Virus record (IMG/VR): IMGVR_UViG_3300050154_000034
Coordinates: 291-64,290 of that record
DNA length: 64,000 bases
From: a virus
Reading direction: 5' to 3' (one strand)
Part shown: positions 8,463-17,759 of the stretch, piece by piece
Position numbering within the stretch: the stretch's first letter is position 1
Layout of the letters: each line of letters starts with the position of its first letter
Made by a program: the position numbers and the translations under genes
The notes under the pieces: model-generated
Told to the model about the DNA's origin: nothing
Databases searched by the model: none
What the model saw: only the letters and a program-made list of their open reading frames with translations

Positions 8463-8936
8463 TTATACTATTCTAATGTTTTGAACACCGAACTTTTCGG
8501 CAATCTGTTCGAGAGTTAACTCTAATGGCTTGATTGGTCTTACATAAGTCCAATACTCAAACATACCAACCTCATCTTTTGATACGTACACGTCACCAAT
8601 CTTGCAAAATACCTCTCTTCTTGCGGGTCTACCTACAAAAGTAGGATTGTCTGACACCTCCATAAATGTACTTGCATCAATTACTGGGACTAACTCCTTT
8701 ATCGGAGCTGATTTTTCCACATCATTGAATAACTTAGTTTGTTCTTCTTTTACTAAATTATCTAAAGCTAAATCCAATGGGTAATACCAAGAATTTCCAT
8801 CACTAAACTTAACAAGCACTATCATTCCATCTCCGGTCATAGAATTTCTAATGCTTTTAATAATACCTGTATCTCCTACATGTTTTTTCATTTCTATAGA
8901 AAATCCAGGACCTCCTTCGAAGTCAAAACCTACCAT
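8463..8936 (-). CDS. Hypothetical protein
   Basis: 157-aa ORF ending LTLEQIAEKFG. Confidence 0.75.
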   Translation of the reverse strand: MVGFDFEGGPGFSIEMKKHVGDTGIIKSIRNSMTGDGMIVLVKFSDGNSWYYPLDLALDNLVKEEQTKLFNDVEKSAPIKELVPVIDASTFMEVSDNPTFVGRPARREVFCKIGDVYVSKDEVGMFEYWTYVRPIKPLELTLEQIAEKFGVQNIRIV

Positions 8937-8990
8937 TTTCTTTCCTACTAATTCACTTTCTCTAATTTTTACTTAATTTAATTGTTAAAC

Positions 8991-9278
8991 TTACTTTTTT
9001 AAAATCCATTCTAATAAATCTTCTTCGCTATCGAATAGATAAGCCCTAACTTCTTCCGTTTGCTCAATAGAACTTTTTACATATTGTTTTTTAGATTCCA
9101 TAGTCCACTTACCTCTTAAGTCAGTGTCTAAAATACTCAAACCTGCAAATTTGTCAGTTGAAACAGTGATTACTCTCGACTTATTACCTGAATACCATTC
9201 AATACCAACGAAACTATCATTAGTTATGTCTGATAAACTTACTTCTTGTACATTCATTTGCTGTACGATTCTTTTCAT
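8991..9278 (-). CDS. Hypothetical protein
   Basis: 95-aa ORF. Confidence 0.7.
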   Translation of the reverse strand: MKRIVQQMNVQEVSLSDITNDSFVGIEWYSGNKSRVITVSTDKFAGLSILDTDLRGKWTMESKKQYVKSSIEQTEEVRAYLFDSEEDLLEWILKK

Positions 9279-9315
9279 CTCTTTAATTGGTTTTGCATAT
9301 ATACATTTATGTATA

Positions 9316-9375
9316 TATAATTAATATTATCTTTAAACTTATGTTTAATACCTATTAAACATTTCTTTAATACAT
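9316..9375. repeat. Intergenic copy of the iteron-like element
   Basis: TTAATATTATCTTTAAACTT..TTTAATACCTATTAAACATTTCTTTAATACA, similar to 13161-13218, 42758-42822 (reverse complement) and 63721-63785. Confidence 0.85.
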
Positions 9376-9395
9376 CTAGCATTGATGATTGTGAA

Positions 9396-9602
9396 TCAAC
9401 ATACCATTTGCATCTCCCTACGCATCAAGTCGAACTTCAACTTTATCGTTAATTGTCGTTTAGCCTCTCTGTAAGGCACCTTTTTCTCTCTGACGATAGT
9501 TTGTATAGCATCAGTGAAAATCTCTCGTCTACGATCATATTCTGCGTTACTCTTTTGTACAAATTCTTGTACATCTATCTTGATCTGGATTCTTTTTCTC
9601 AT
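9396..9602 (-). CDS. Hypothetical basic protein
   Basis: 68-aa ORF. Confidence 0.6.
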   Translation of the reverse strand: MRKRIQIKIDVQEFVQKSNAEYDRRREIFTDAIQTIVREKKVPYREAKRQLTIKLKFDLMRREMQMVC

Positions 9603-9804
9603 CCCATTTTGTCAATTACAATAATGAAAACTAAAAATCTAATTGCAATACCTAAGAATACATATAAATCTATCATAATACTTACCATTTTGTTTCATTA
9701 GGTGCGTAGCTATTGCCTCCACCTATAACATTAGACATAAAATCATAAAACTTCTCGAATAAACTTAATAATCTCTTCATTTTTTTTCTATATTTTTTTA
9801 AAAT

Positions 9805-10005
9805 TTAACAAACTAACTCGAATAAAACATACAAAAACACCGTCAACACAGTGTAAAATGCAAATAACAATAGGAAATTCTCAGCGAATGCCTTTACTCT
9901 ATACCTATTAAAATGAAATAGGCTTTGAGAATACAAAACTATTGCAGTACAAGCTATAAGCATAACTGCAAATGCGTATAATAAAATTTGTGTTGCTAAT
10001 TCCAT
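9805..10005 (-). CDS. Small two-TM membrane protein
   Basis: Two hydrophobic stretches in 66 aa. Confidence 0.6.
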   Translation of the reverse strand: MELATQILLYAFAVMLIACTAIVLYSQSLFHFNRYRVKAFAENFLLLFAFYTVLTVFLYVLFELVC

Positions 10006-10181
10006 AATGATAATTTTAATAGTTTATAATATTTTACTTGTGCTTCAAGTGCATCAATGTATTCTTTTTGCATTGACACATACACGTTTACATCACCTAT
10101 ATATTTATTAGATGATTCAATTACTTTTTGTTGTTGAGCAACTAATTCTATTAACTGCTCGATTGTTTTTTGTTCTTCCAT
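9996..10181 (-). CDS. Hypothetical coiled-coil protein
   Basis: 61-aa ORF. Confidence 0.65.
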   Translation of the reverse strand: MEEQKTIEQLIELVAQQQKVIESSNKYIGDVNVYVSMQKEYIDALEAQVKYYKLLKLSLWN

Positions 10182-10218
10182 TTTTTATTGGTTTTAAAAT
10201 CCTGCTTTGTTGCATTGT

Positions 10219-10258
10219 GGTAGGCGGGGAATCGAACCCCTATTTTACCATACCTACC
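10219..10258 (-). ncRNA. tRNA-like minihelix (acceptor stem + T-arm, no anticodon arm)
   Basis: GGTAGGT-ATGGTAAAATA-GGGG-TTCGATT-CCCC-GCCTACC-A. Confidence 0.55.
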
Positions 10259-10319
10259 TATATAATTTTTAAGGAGTTTCGCCTAACATACTATATAAAA
10301 ATGAATCTATTTAGTTTAT

Positions 10320-10358
10320 ATAAAAAGTCCTACCAAAACATAAAGTAATGATAGGACT
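10320..10358 (-). terminator. Rho-independent terminator
   Basis: AGTCCTATC...GGTAGGACT followed by TTTT. Confidence 0.55.
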
Positions 10359-10359
10359 A

Positions 10360-10885
10360 TATTTTTATGATTGTGAACGACTTGCGTTCATACTTTTTTT
10401 TGCCCTTTGATTTTTGGCTTTTTTATATAAAGGACACACACGTTTATTTATACACGTTCCCTTATATACTATCATTGCGAATTTCCCTGAGATAGTCCTA
10501 TTGCTATAAACATACTTTTAAAAAGCAATTCTATAACAATTTTCTTTGAAATTGATAAAAACAAAGACGTAATTTTTTGCACCAATAGACGGGCGCAAAG
10601 GCTTTTACTACCTTTTTAAGTACACTAATTTTCTACATTAGTGAAACCAATTTTTTTCAATAAATAAAGAACGAACGTATTTTTACTTTACTCGCTTTCG
10701 CTTTTGCCAACCAAGGCACTCGCATTAAGATTTTAAGCCTACAAAAAATTTACCATTGCACTCGCATTTACGAGGCTTTTACGCTACTTTGTAACGTTTT
10801 TTGGGCTGCTTTGCCCATTGGTAAAAATGTACCTTAAAAATCCAGTAAAAACGCCAATTTACGTTATTGGTATTGGCTACCATTT
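10360..10885 (-). ncRNA. Candidate large structured non-coding RNA
   Basis: About 525 nt without an ORF; several hairpins and duplicated motifs; lies between a tRNA-like element and a terminator. Confidence 0.4.
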
Positions 10886-10888
10886 AGA

Positions 10889-10942
10889 CGGCTTTAGCGA
10901 GTCGAACGCCAAAAGATAAAATCTTTGTAACCATACAAGCCG
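10889..10942 (-). ncRNA. tRNA-like element with reduced D and anticodon regions
   Basis: CGGCTT-GTATGGTTAC-AAAGAT TTT ATCTTT-TGGCG TTCGACT CGCTA-AAGCCG. Confidence 0.5.
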
Positions 10943-10961
10943 AACGCCTATAAAATAGGGC

Positions 10962-11330
10962 TTATTTCATTGATCGATAAATAGCTTGTAATACGTAAAA
11001 AGCTGTAATGTCACCGTTTTTTGTGCGTCTAACTTTTGCGTCAAAAGATAAATATTTCGCATCGTCTTTTTGTAATTCCTTTGCAAATTTTATTTGCGTA
11101 CTCGTTAACGCGTCACTAGCCAAAAGTAATTTTAAGGCTTTACCAGTATTTCGCAATGATTTTTTAAAATTGGCGTTTACTTCTAAAACTTGCGTTTTGT
11201 ACTCGTTTGGCTTTTTAACCTCGTTTTGTTTTTTAGTCGCAATACTTTTACTAACTACTTTAGGGCTTAATTTTTTAACCTCGTTTTTTGCTTGTGTTTT
11301 AACTAAAGTTTTCATTTTGATTGGTGCCAC
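10962..11330 (-). CDS. Highly basic Lys/Ala-rich protein, first gene of the early strand
   Basis: 122-aa ORF with a TAAATTTG box upstream. Confidence 0.75.
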   Translation of the reverse strand: MAPIKMKTLVKTQAKNEVKKLSPKVVSKSIATKKQNEVKKPNEYKTQVLEVNANFKKSLRNTGKALKLLLASDALTSTQIKFAKELQKDDAKYLSFDAKVRRTKNGDITAFYVLQAIYRSMK

Positions 11331-11412
11331 TTTTGTAATGCGTTTGGCTTCACGCTTTTTTGTTATTTGATTTTACTATATATATATTCTTGCTTTTGCT
11401 TGAATACGAGGA

Positions 11413-11420
11413 CAAATTTA
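11413..11420 (-). promoter_or_regulatory. Early promoter -7 box (TAAATTTG)
   Basis: TAnnTTTG upstream of 10962..11330; same octamer as at 761-768. Confidence 0.6.
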
Positions 11421-12150
11421 TAGTATAGTTTCAATAAAATACCATAAAAATAGACTTTAACATAATTTTTCAAAATAATGCAATAAATTAACAATTTTGT
11501 TAATGATAATTCAACAAATTAACAGTTTTTTTGCATCGATTTTATATGTTTTTTGTTGGTTTCATGTATATCAATTTAGCAATAACTATATTTTTAAGGT
11601 TAAAACGTGCGTTTTTGTATAGTAAAAATCCAGTAATTTTATATATGTAAAACAAAGAAAAGTATTTAAAAAATCATTTGTTAAGGTATTGAATACCAAA
11701 AAACAAACTGTATTTAAAATGTATTTCGTGAAATGTGGCAAAGTTATTTTAATTTGTTTTTGTTGATAGTTATAACGCCAACCTTTACCAAACGCACCAC
11801 AAAAAAATAGTTATCCAGTAAATTGACAAACGGAAAGGACACAAGTAAAAATGTAGATTGAAATAGTTGCTAAAAAATCGTATTGAAAAAAGATAGTAGG
11901 CAAAAAGGTAAAAAATTCAAAATCAATTTTGAAATTTTGAAGGGTAGGGCGTATTTTAAAACGACTTTTGTTAGAGGAAGGTGAACGTAGAATGGGGGTA
12001 TAACCCAAAATGTATAGGTATCTAACATACTAAAAAAACTCTTCTTGTAGATAGATTATGTTTTCATATCTGGTATTGCGATATAAAATACATATACATA
12101 TGTGGTGCACTTTTTATAATTTAAGGTTGTGTATTGATTATAAATTGTAG

Positions 12151-12158
12151 TATATTTG
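12151..12158 (+). promoter_or_regulatory. Promoter -7 box (TATATTTG)
   Basis: TAnnTTTG upstream of the first plus-strand gene. Confidence 0.55.
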
Positions 12159-12270
12159 TAGTGTACAAAGAGAAGATAAGATACAAAAACACTTATTACT
12201 TTGGTATTAAGATAGTTATAAATTTGAAGTAGGGTATAAAGTGCGTGTTTCGACGCATCCCATGCGCCGT

Positions 12271-12687
12271 ATGAGTATAAAAACGATATATATTGACACA
12301 GTAAACAGAGATACTGGTGAGATTATAGAGACTAACACCAGTGTCTACTCAGTTGCTGATGAGAAGTTTTTTATGATGATGCTAACGCATGACGATGGTA
12401 AGTGGATTCAAAATTTTTCTAATGAGCTATATGTTTTGGTATTGATTTTAAACAAACAAGTTCAAGGAGAAATATACTGTAGTCTTACAGCAGAAGACAG
12501 AAATGAGATTCGTATAGAGAGTGGTCTTACTAAAAGCCAAGTGAATAGAATCATAAATACTTTGAAACGTAAGAACATGATTAAGGCACTTAGTCCAAAC
12601 AGAGTATCTGTTAACCCTGCCTACTTACACTACGGAAAAACAAAAGAAATAAAACATAAAAAACACATGTATGACAGAGACTATTAA
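12271..12687 (+). CDS. RepL-like winged-helix DNA-binding protein
   Basis: VNRDTGEI N-terminus, HTH-like KSQVNRIINTLKRKNMI, VNPAYLHYG; ATG at 12271 preferred over GTG at 12241. Confidence 0.55.
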   Translation: MSIKTIYIDTVNRDTGEIIETNTSVYSVADEKFFMMMLTHDDGKWIQNFSNELYVLVLILNKQVQGEIYCSLTAEDRNEIRIESGLTKSQVNRIINTLKRKNMIKALSPNRVSVNPAYLHYGKTKEIKHKKHMYDRDY

Positions 12688-12910
12688 AGAATACATTCAC
12701 ATGAGAAACGAAAGAATGTTGAATCCTATGTGGTTTATAAGATATGCATTAGAGAAAACTGGTGTTAGATATCAGTATAAAGATGTTCATACTTACTTGC
12801 AATTTTCAAATCATCAAGATATATTTGATAAGTTGGATAAAGAATTTAGTCTTGACATCCTATTCGATAACTCAGGGAAGTTTTTAAAGTGTTATCCTGC
12901 GTCCAATTAA
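12671..12910 (+). CDS. Hypothetical protein
   Basis: 79-aa ORF overlapping the upstream stop. Confidence 0.6.
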   Translation: MTETIKEYIHMRNERMLNPMWFIRYALEKTGVRYQYKDVHTYLQFSNHQDIFDKLDKEFSLDILFDNSGKFLKCYPASN

Positions 12911-13088
12911 TAGCTTTTAAAACACAATCTTTAGGTTTAGATACTTCGTATCCATCGCACTCTAAATAATCGTATATAACATCTTGTAAGAACTCGTTTA
13001 AAATCCTATTGAGTTTGAATAAGTATGTTGCATCTCCAGTTTCTTTAAAACCAAAGAGTAAATAATTTGCTTCTGTAGTGATATTCAT
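12846..13088 (-). CDS. Hypothetical protein (uncertain)
   Basis: 80-aa ORF with a minus-strand TATATTTG box at 13108-13115, but it overlaps a convergent ORF. Confidence 0.4.
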   Translation of the reverse strand: MNITTEANYLLFGFKETGDATYLFKLNRILNEFLQDVIYDYLECDGYEVSKPKDCVLKAINWTQDNTLKTSLSYRIGCQD

Positions 13089-13160
13089 TGTATTGTATTT
13101 GACTTAACAAATATATAAAAAATAATCAAGATGCACATAGTTATATATATTTATATATAT

Positions 13161-13218
13161 ATTAATATTATCCTTAAACTTTTCTTTAATAGGTATTAAA
13201 CATTTCTTTAATACATAA
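13161..13218. repeat. Intergenic copy of the iteron-like element with adjacent TA tract
   Basis: ATTAATATTATCCTTAAACTTTTCTTTAATAGGTATTAAACATTTCTTTAATACA. Confidence 0.85.
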
Positions 13219-13259
13219 AATAAGATTTAGATCATTGTTTGGTTTTAAATAAAAAACAC

Positions 13260-13267
13260 TATATTTG
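13260..13267 (+). promoter_or_regulatory. Promoter -7 box (TATATTTG) for the chaperonin operon
   Basis: TAnnTTTG about 20 bp before the ATG at 13288. Confidence 0.65.
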
Positions 13268-13287
13268 CCTATCAAAACACAAAAACT

Positions 13288-13419
13288 ATGGAAATTGACT
13301 TAACTTTAACACCAAATTACTTCCTTTTTGGACTAGATTGGTACGAAAAAGATGAAATCTACGATTTTAATGAATTGAACTTTTACTTCGCTTTTATAGA
13401 ATTGAAGTTCACTTGGTAG
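13288..13419 (+). CDS. 43-aa aromatic-rich protein MEIDLTLTPNYFLFGLDW...
   Basis: Manual translation; A-rich start context. Confidence 0.6.
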   Translation: MEIDLTLTPNYFLFGLDWYEKDEIYDFNELNFYFAFIELKFTW

Positions 13420-13447
13420 TAAAAAATTAACAATTAAATCAAATCAA

Positions 13448-15022
13448 ATGATTGAAAAAGAAATCCTCTATAAAAACGAGGCAAAAGAAAAACTTATTAA
13501 TGGAGTTAATGCTGTAGCAGATGCTGTTAAGGTTACGCTTGGAGCTGCTGGTAGAAATGTAATTATTGAAGACGAAAGAGGGTTGCCTCATGTTACTAAA
13601 GACGGTGTTACAGTAGCTAACTCTATTAACTTATCAGATCCAGTTGAGAACCTAGGTGCTAGTATTATTAAGCAGGCATCAGATAGAAGTGCTAGAAATA
13701 GTGGTGATGGTACAACTACAACTTGTGTATTAACTCAGGCTTTGATTAAAGAGGCGTTTAACGTAATCGATGAAAACACAAATATTACTCAATTCAAGAA
13801 AGGAATGGAAGACGCTTGTGTTGAGGTTGTTAAATCTTTAAAAAACCAAAGTAAGAAAGTTAGTAACAAGACTTTAAAAAGCGTATCTAGAATCTCAGCA
13901 AACAACGATACTGAACTAGGTAACATTATTGCAGAGGCTTACATCAAAGTAGGTAAGGATGGAGTTGTTACAATGGAGGAAAGTTTAAACAGTGATACTT
14001 ACGTTAGTGTTATTGATGGAACTAAAATCAAGAAAGGATACACTTCTCCATATATGGTTACAAACCCAGAGAAACAAGAGGCTGTATTAGATAATCCATT
14101 AGTGTTTATATCAGATCAAGAAATAAAGAGTCTTGAAGATATTACTAGTGTTTTAGAAGTAGCTATCAAAAACAAAAGAAGTATCTTGATTATTGCGGAC
14201 GTTGAGACAGCTGTAATGAATGCTTTGAATGTTAATAAGGCAAAAGGCGTGATCAAGGTTAATGTAATTGCACCTGAGGGGATTGGTATTAAAAGATTTG
14301 AATTACTTGAAGACTTGTGCGCTCTGACAGGTGCAGTGTTGGCTTCTGATGAGACTGGTAATGATTTATCAGCAGTTGACGCAAGTTATTTAGGAGAAGC
14401 AATCAAATCAATCTCTACAACAACAGATACAGTTCTTATAGTGGACCGACCAAAACACAAGGTTGATATTGACGAGAGGTTAAAGAACATTCATTTGTCA
14501 ATAGCAAATGCTGAGAACAGAATGAATCTGTGGCATTATAAAGATAGACTGAGTAGACTTAGTGGTGGCGTTGCAGTTGTGCATGTAGGAGCTAATAGCG
14601 AGCTTGAGATGAAAGAAAAGAAGGATAGGGTAGATGATGCTATCCATGCGGTTAAAAGCGCATTAGAAGAAGGTATTTTGCCTGGAGGTGGAATTGCATT
14701 AAGAAACTTAATGATAAACAATTTTCCTAGGGTGAGTAATAAAAGCTATATTTCAGGTTGGTATTCTGTATTAAATTCTTTGTACTATCCTTTTGCTCAA
14801 ATAATAGATAACGCAGGTGTTAATGCTTTAGATATTGTTAGTGGTTTAAATACATCTGATTATTCTTTTGGATACAATGTGTTAACTGAGGAGTTTGGAG
14901 ATATGTATAAAATGGGTGTTATTGACTCTACTAAGGTAATTAGAAATGCAATTGAGAACGCTGTATCTGTATCAGCTACATTATTAACAACCGAAGCAAC
15001 GGTTACAAACAAAAGAGCATAA
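13448..15022 (+). CDS. groEL: Chaperonin GroEL
   Basis: KVTLGAAGRNV, TKDGVTVA, GDGTTT, RLSGGVAV, DAIHAVKSALEEGILPGGG. Confidence 0.97.
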   Translation: MIEKEILYKNEAKEKLINGVNAVADAVKVTLGAAGRNVIIEDERGLPHVTKDGVTVANSINLSDPVENLGASIIKQASDRSARNSGDGTTTTCVLTQALIKEAFNVIDENTNITQFKKGMEDACVEVVKSLKNQSKKVSNKTLKSVSRISANNDTELGNIIAEAYIKVGKDGVVTMEESLNSDTYVSVIDGTKIKKGYTSPYMVTNPEKQEAVLDNPLVFISDQEIKSLEDITSVLEVAIKNKRSILIIADVETAVMNALNVNKAKGVIKVNVIAPEGIGIKRFELLEDLCALTGAVLASDETGNDLSAVDASYLGEAIKSISTTTDTVLIVDRPKHKVDIDERLKNIHLSIANAENRMNLWHYKDRLSRLSGGVAVVHVGANSELEMKEKKDRVDDAIHAVKSALEEGILPGGGIALRNLMINNFPRVSNKSYISGWYSVLNSLYYPFAQIIDNAGVNALDIVSGLNTSDYSFGYNVLTEEFGDMYKMGVIDSTKVIRNAIENAVSVSATLLTTEATVTNKRA

Positions 15023-15279
15023 TGAGAGCATTTGGAAGAACATTGGTAATATCTGAGATAAAAGAAGAGGTAAAAAATAAACTTGGTCTTATAATAACCG
15101 AAGCTAACGATAGAGATATACGTTATAAATTAGGAGAGGTGTTTATGGCTGGTGAAGATGTTGAAGGAATAAAGTCTGGAGACAAACTATACTACGATAA
15201 AGTAAATGCTAGTGAGTTGAGACTAGACGGTAAAAAGTACCTTATTATAAACTTAAGCGATGTAAGAGTCGTACTTTAA
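15022..15279 (+). CDS. groES: Co-chaperonin GroES
   Basis: GLIIT mobile loop, GEV..AGE.V, IKSGDKLYY, YLII...DV; coupled to groEL. Confidence 0.85.
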   Translation: MRAFGRTLVISEIKEEVKNKLGLIITEANDRDIRYKLGEVFMAGEDVEGIKSGDKLYYDKVNASELRLDGKKYLIINLSDVRVVL

Positions 15280-15290
15280 TTTAATTTAAT

Positions 15291-15521
15291 ATGTTTGGAT
15301 TTAAAAAAGACGCTATATACTTAGCAAAAAGAAAGAGCAATGCTCTAGAAGTTTTTAATGTTGCTAAAAAGCAATTGAATTGTGTTCTTGCTGATATGGC
15401 AAACTATGCTTTTCAGATTGAAGACCAAATTGAAGCTCTTGAAAAAGAAAGGAAAATTCTTGATAATGAGTTTAAGTCAACTTCAAAAATACTTGATAAG
15501 ATTGACGAGTTTTTAGGTTAG
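15291..15521 (+). CDS. Hypothetical coiled-coil protein
   Basis: 76-aa ORF. Confidence 0.7.
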   Translation: MFGFKKDAIYLAKRKSNALEVFNVAKKQLNCVLADMANYAFQIEDQIEALEKERKILDNEFKSTSKILDKIDEFLG

Positions 15522-15529
15522 TAAGTTAT

Positions 15530-15556
15530 AGGGGTAGTTATTCTACCCCTTTTCTT
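15530..15556. terminator. Bidirectional terminator
   Basis: AGGGGTAG-TTATT-CTACCCCT-TTTC between convergent genes. Confidence 0.75.
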
Positions 15557-16062
15557 TTATCATTCATTTTCTTTATAAGTTTAGCGTACATCTTGTCGCT
15601 AAAAGAAACGTTACTTTTAAATAACGGATTAAGTTGTACATTCTGAGGTACGGGTTCTCCTTCTAAATGTTTGTACATTTTTGCACAAGCCATTTTATAT
15701 TTTTGAGTTAGTGTGTACATCTTTGTATCTTTAGTACCTTCCCTCCATACTTTTATAATCTCTCTTTCCTCAAACTTATTAAGCCAGTTCATTGTTGAGA
15801 AACCAAGAGTACATGCATAACCGTAAAATGTTTCTTTATTAAATACATTCTCATCATATAAGAACAAAAGCAACTCAAGTTCTGATAGACTTAATTCATA
15901 CTTCTTTTGTATATACATTCTAACTACTCTAAAGTACTTTAAATAAGATGAAGCTTTTTCTTTAAAAAAGTAATTTTGAGGTCTATCTGCTAATTTCTTT
16001 TGTATGCGAATCTCTTTATCTTCGCCTATCCTCTTCATTTTTCTATATACTTTTCTAGCCAT
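15538..16062 (-). CDS. Probable winged-helix DNA-binding protein
   Basis: LSLSELELLLFL...WLNKFEEREII...YTLT wHTH-like pattern; own minus-strand TACATTTG box at 16083-16090. Confidence 0.55.
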   Translation of the reverse strand: MARKVYRKMKRIGEDKEIRIQKKLADRPQNYFFKEKASSYLKYFRVVRMYIQKKYELSLSELELLLFLYDENVFNKETFYGYACTLGFSTMNWLNKFEEREIIKVWREGTKDTKMYTLTQKYKMACAKMYKHLEGEPVPQNVQLNPLFKSNVSFSDKMYAKLIKKMNDKRKGVE

Positions 16063-16105
16063 TATATTTGATTAAATTAGTGCAAATGTAAAATAAAAAA
16101 ATATG

Positions 16106-16115
16106 TAACTTTGCA
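16106..16115 (+). promoter_or_regulatory. Late promoter -7 box (TAACTTTGCA)
   Basis: Same TAACTTTGCA at 31674 and 35219. Confidence 0.7.
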
Positions 16116-16136
16116 AAGATTTATAAATCAATAGTT

Positions 16137-16403
16137 ATGTTGGACAAAAAGAACATGCCGTGTAACTCTCCAAAAAGAACTCCTAATGACCCTAAAAAGT
16201 CACATGTAGTAAAGGCTTGTTATGACGGAACTGAAAAAATAATTCACTTTGGACAGCAAGGCGCGGTAACTGCTGGAAAACCTAAAGCTGGAGAAAGTAA
16301 TAAAATGAAAGCTAAGAGAGCTTCGTTTAAAGCTAGACACGCAAAGAATATAGCTAAGGGAAAATCAAGTGCTGCTTATTGGAGTGATAAAGTAAAATGG
16401 TAG
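16137..16403 (+). CDS. Conserved small basic phage protein (SFKARH...AYWS..KW type)
   Basis: Motif recognised in the protein. Confidence 0.75.
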   Translation: MLDKKNMPCNSPKRTPNDPKKSHVVKACYDGTEKIIHFGQQGAVTAGKPKAGESNKMKAKRASFKARHAKNIAKGKSSAAYWSDKVKW

Positions 16404-16407
16404 TGTT

Positions 16408-16575
16408 ATGGTAAGAAAATCAAAAGGATTAGGAGACTCAATAGAGAAGCTAACGAAATATAGTGGGGTAAAAGCATTAGTAAAAAAAGTATCTCCAAGT
16501 TGTGGGTGTGAAGCTAGACAAGAAGCTTTAAATAATCCAAATCTATTAGTCAATAAGTTATTTTATAAAAAGTAA
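16408..16575 (+). CDS. 55-aa protein [14 protein letters not shown]...[11 protein letters not shown]
   Basis: Manual translation; GLGD...CGC..R motif. Confidence 0.7.
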   Translation: MVRKSKGLGDSIEKLTKYSGVKALVKKVSPSCGCEARQEALNNPNLLVNKLFYKK

Positions 16576-16579
16576 GATT

Positions 16580-16711
16580 ATGCCGTTAAAAAAAGGAAGT
16601 AGCTCTAAAGTTGTTAGCGCTAATATTAAGACAGAAATTAAAAGTGGTAAACCACAAAAACAAGCTATAGCTATTGCATTGTCAAAAGCTGGTAAAACTA
16701 AAAAGAAATAA
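16580..16711 (+). CDS. 43-aa basic protein MPLKKGSS...[12 protein letters not shown]
   Basis: Manual translation; common small phage protein motif. Confidence 0.75.
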   Translation: MPLKKGSSSKVVSANIKTEIKSGKPQKQAIAIALSKAGKTKKK

Positions 16712-16713
16712 TT

Positions 16714-17283
16714 ATGGCAGTAGATCCACCTGTAAAAACAAAAGTTAGTGTAGACCCAGATACAGGAGCTAGAGTATTCAATCAATCTTGGAGTTCTGAG
16801 TTAAAAAAGAAAGAACCTATTCAAAGAAAACCTGTAAGTAGAGATACTTTTGTAACTGAGAAAAAAGTTGTTGTAAATCCTGAAAAAAAACAAAGTACTG
16901 TTAAAACTTCTGGAGAAAGAAATTTCTCTGAAGTAATAAAACCATCACCTGCTGGAGTTGTAGAAAAAAAACAAACTATAGAAGTAAAAGCTCCTAGATT
17001 AGCTACACCAACTGAAAAAGAAAAAAGACAGATAACTGCTATTGAGTTAAAAAAGAAATCTTTTGAAACAAAACAAGATAAATTAAAAGCTTTAGGTAGA
17101 CCTACTCAAACATGGGAGGATAATAGAAAAGAATGGAATAAAATAAATGAAAGAACTCCATCTGAAGTTAACAAAATAGCAAGACAAAAAGAAAAGGAAA
17201 GAAAAAATTCTTTTGTATCTATAGGTACTGGGGATGGTTCTGAAAAACAAAGGAACGGTGGTTGCACTGGAGGATGTCATTAA
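16714..17283 (+). CDS. Hypothetical protein ending in a GGCTGGCH motif
   Basis: 189-aa ORF. Confidence 0.65.
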   Translation: MAVDPPVKTKVSVDPDTGARVFNQSWSSELKKKEPIQRKPVSRDTFVTEKKVVVNPEKKQSTVKTSGERNFSEVIKPSPAGVVEKKQTIEVKAPRLATPTEKEKRQITAIELKKKSFETKQDKLKALGRPTQTWEDNRKEWNKINERTPSEVNKIARQKEKERKNSFVSIGTGDGSEKQRNGGCTGGCH

Positions 17284-17301
17284 TAATAAAAATAAAACAA
17301 C

Positions 17302-17472
17302 ATGAAAAAAGTAATGCCAAAAAAAGCAATTGTAGAAAAAGCAACTGGAGAAAAATATCCTTCTAAAGCAGCAATGGCTAAACACGAAAAGTCTGAAGGT
17401 AAAAAAGTTCAAAGCAAAGAAAAATTAGAGTTTGCTAAAATGATGAAATCTAAAATTGCTAAAAAGAAATAA
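17302..17472 (+). CDS. 56-aa Lys-rich protein
   Basis: Manual translation MKKVMPKKAIVEK...YPSKAAMAKHEKSE. Confidence 0.65.
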   Translation: MKKVMPKKAIVEKATGEKYPSKAAMAKHEKSEGKKVQSKEKLEFAKMMKSKIAKKK

Positions 17473-17474
17473 CA

Positions 17475-17759
17475 ATGGAGCAACCTAAAAAAAAGAAATA
17501 CATAGAACCTAAATACACATTGTTCGCACAGGCTAATAATGCAAGTAACAATTCTATGGGTTTAGATACTGGTAGACCAGCTACAGCTAAAGATAGCGCT
17601 GATTATAAACATGGGTTCAATCTAGGTTTAAAAGGTGGTAATTTAGAGAAATATGATAGCAATGAATTCTCTAGAAAAGGTGTATGGGAAGGTCAAAATT
17701 CAGAGCATTCATTTAGAAATAAAGATGCGGCTATTATAGCTAAAAAAGTAGGTAAATAA
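17475..17759 (+). CDS. Hypothetical protein
   Basis: 94-aa ORF in the operon. Confidence 0.65.
   Translation: MEQPKKKKYIEPKYTLFAQANNASNNSMGLDTGRPATAKDSADYKHGFNLGLKGGNLEKYDSNEFSRKGVWEGQNSEHSFRNKDAAIIAKKVGK

Noticed and set aside
10219-10258. attP site made of a tRNA 3' half
   Set aside because: The 5' acceptor strand is also present, closing the structure, and there is no integrase in the window; not fully excluded for the rest of the genome
11811-12008. 65-aa minus-strand ORF in the divergent region
   Set aside because: Low-complexity composition; lies upstream of the early promoter
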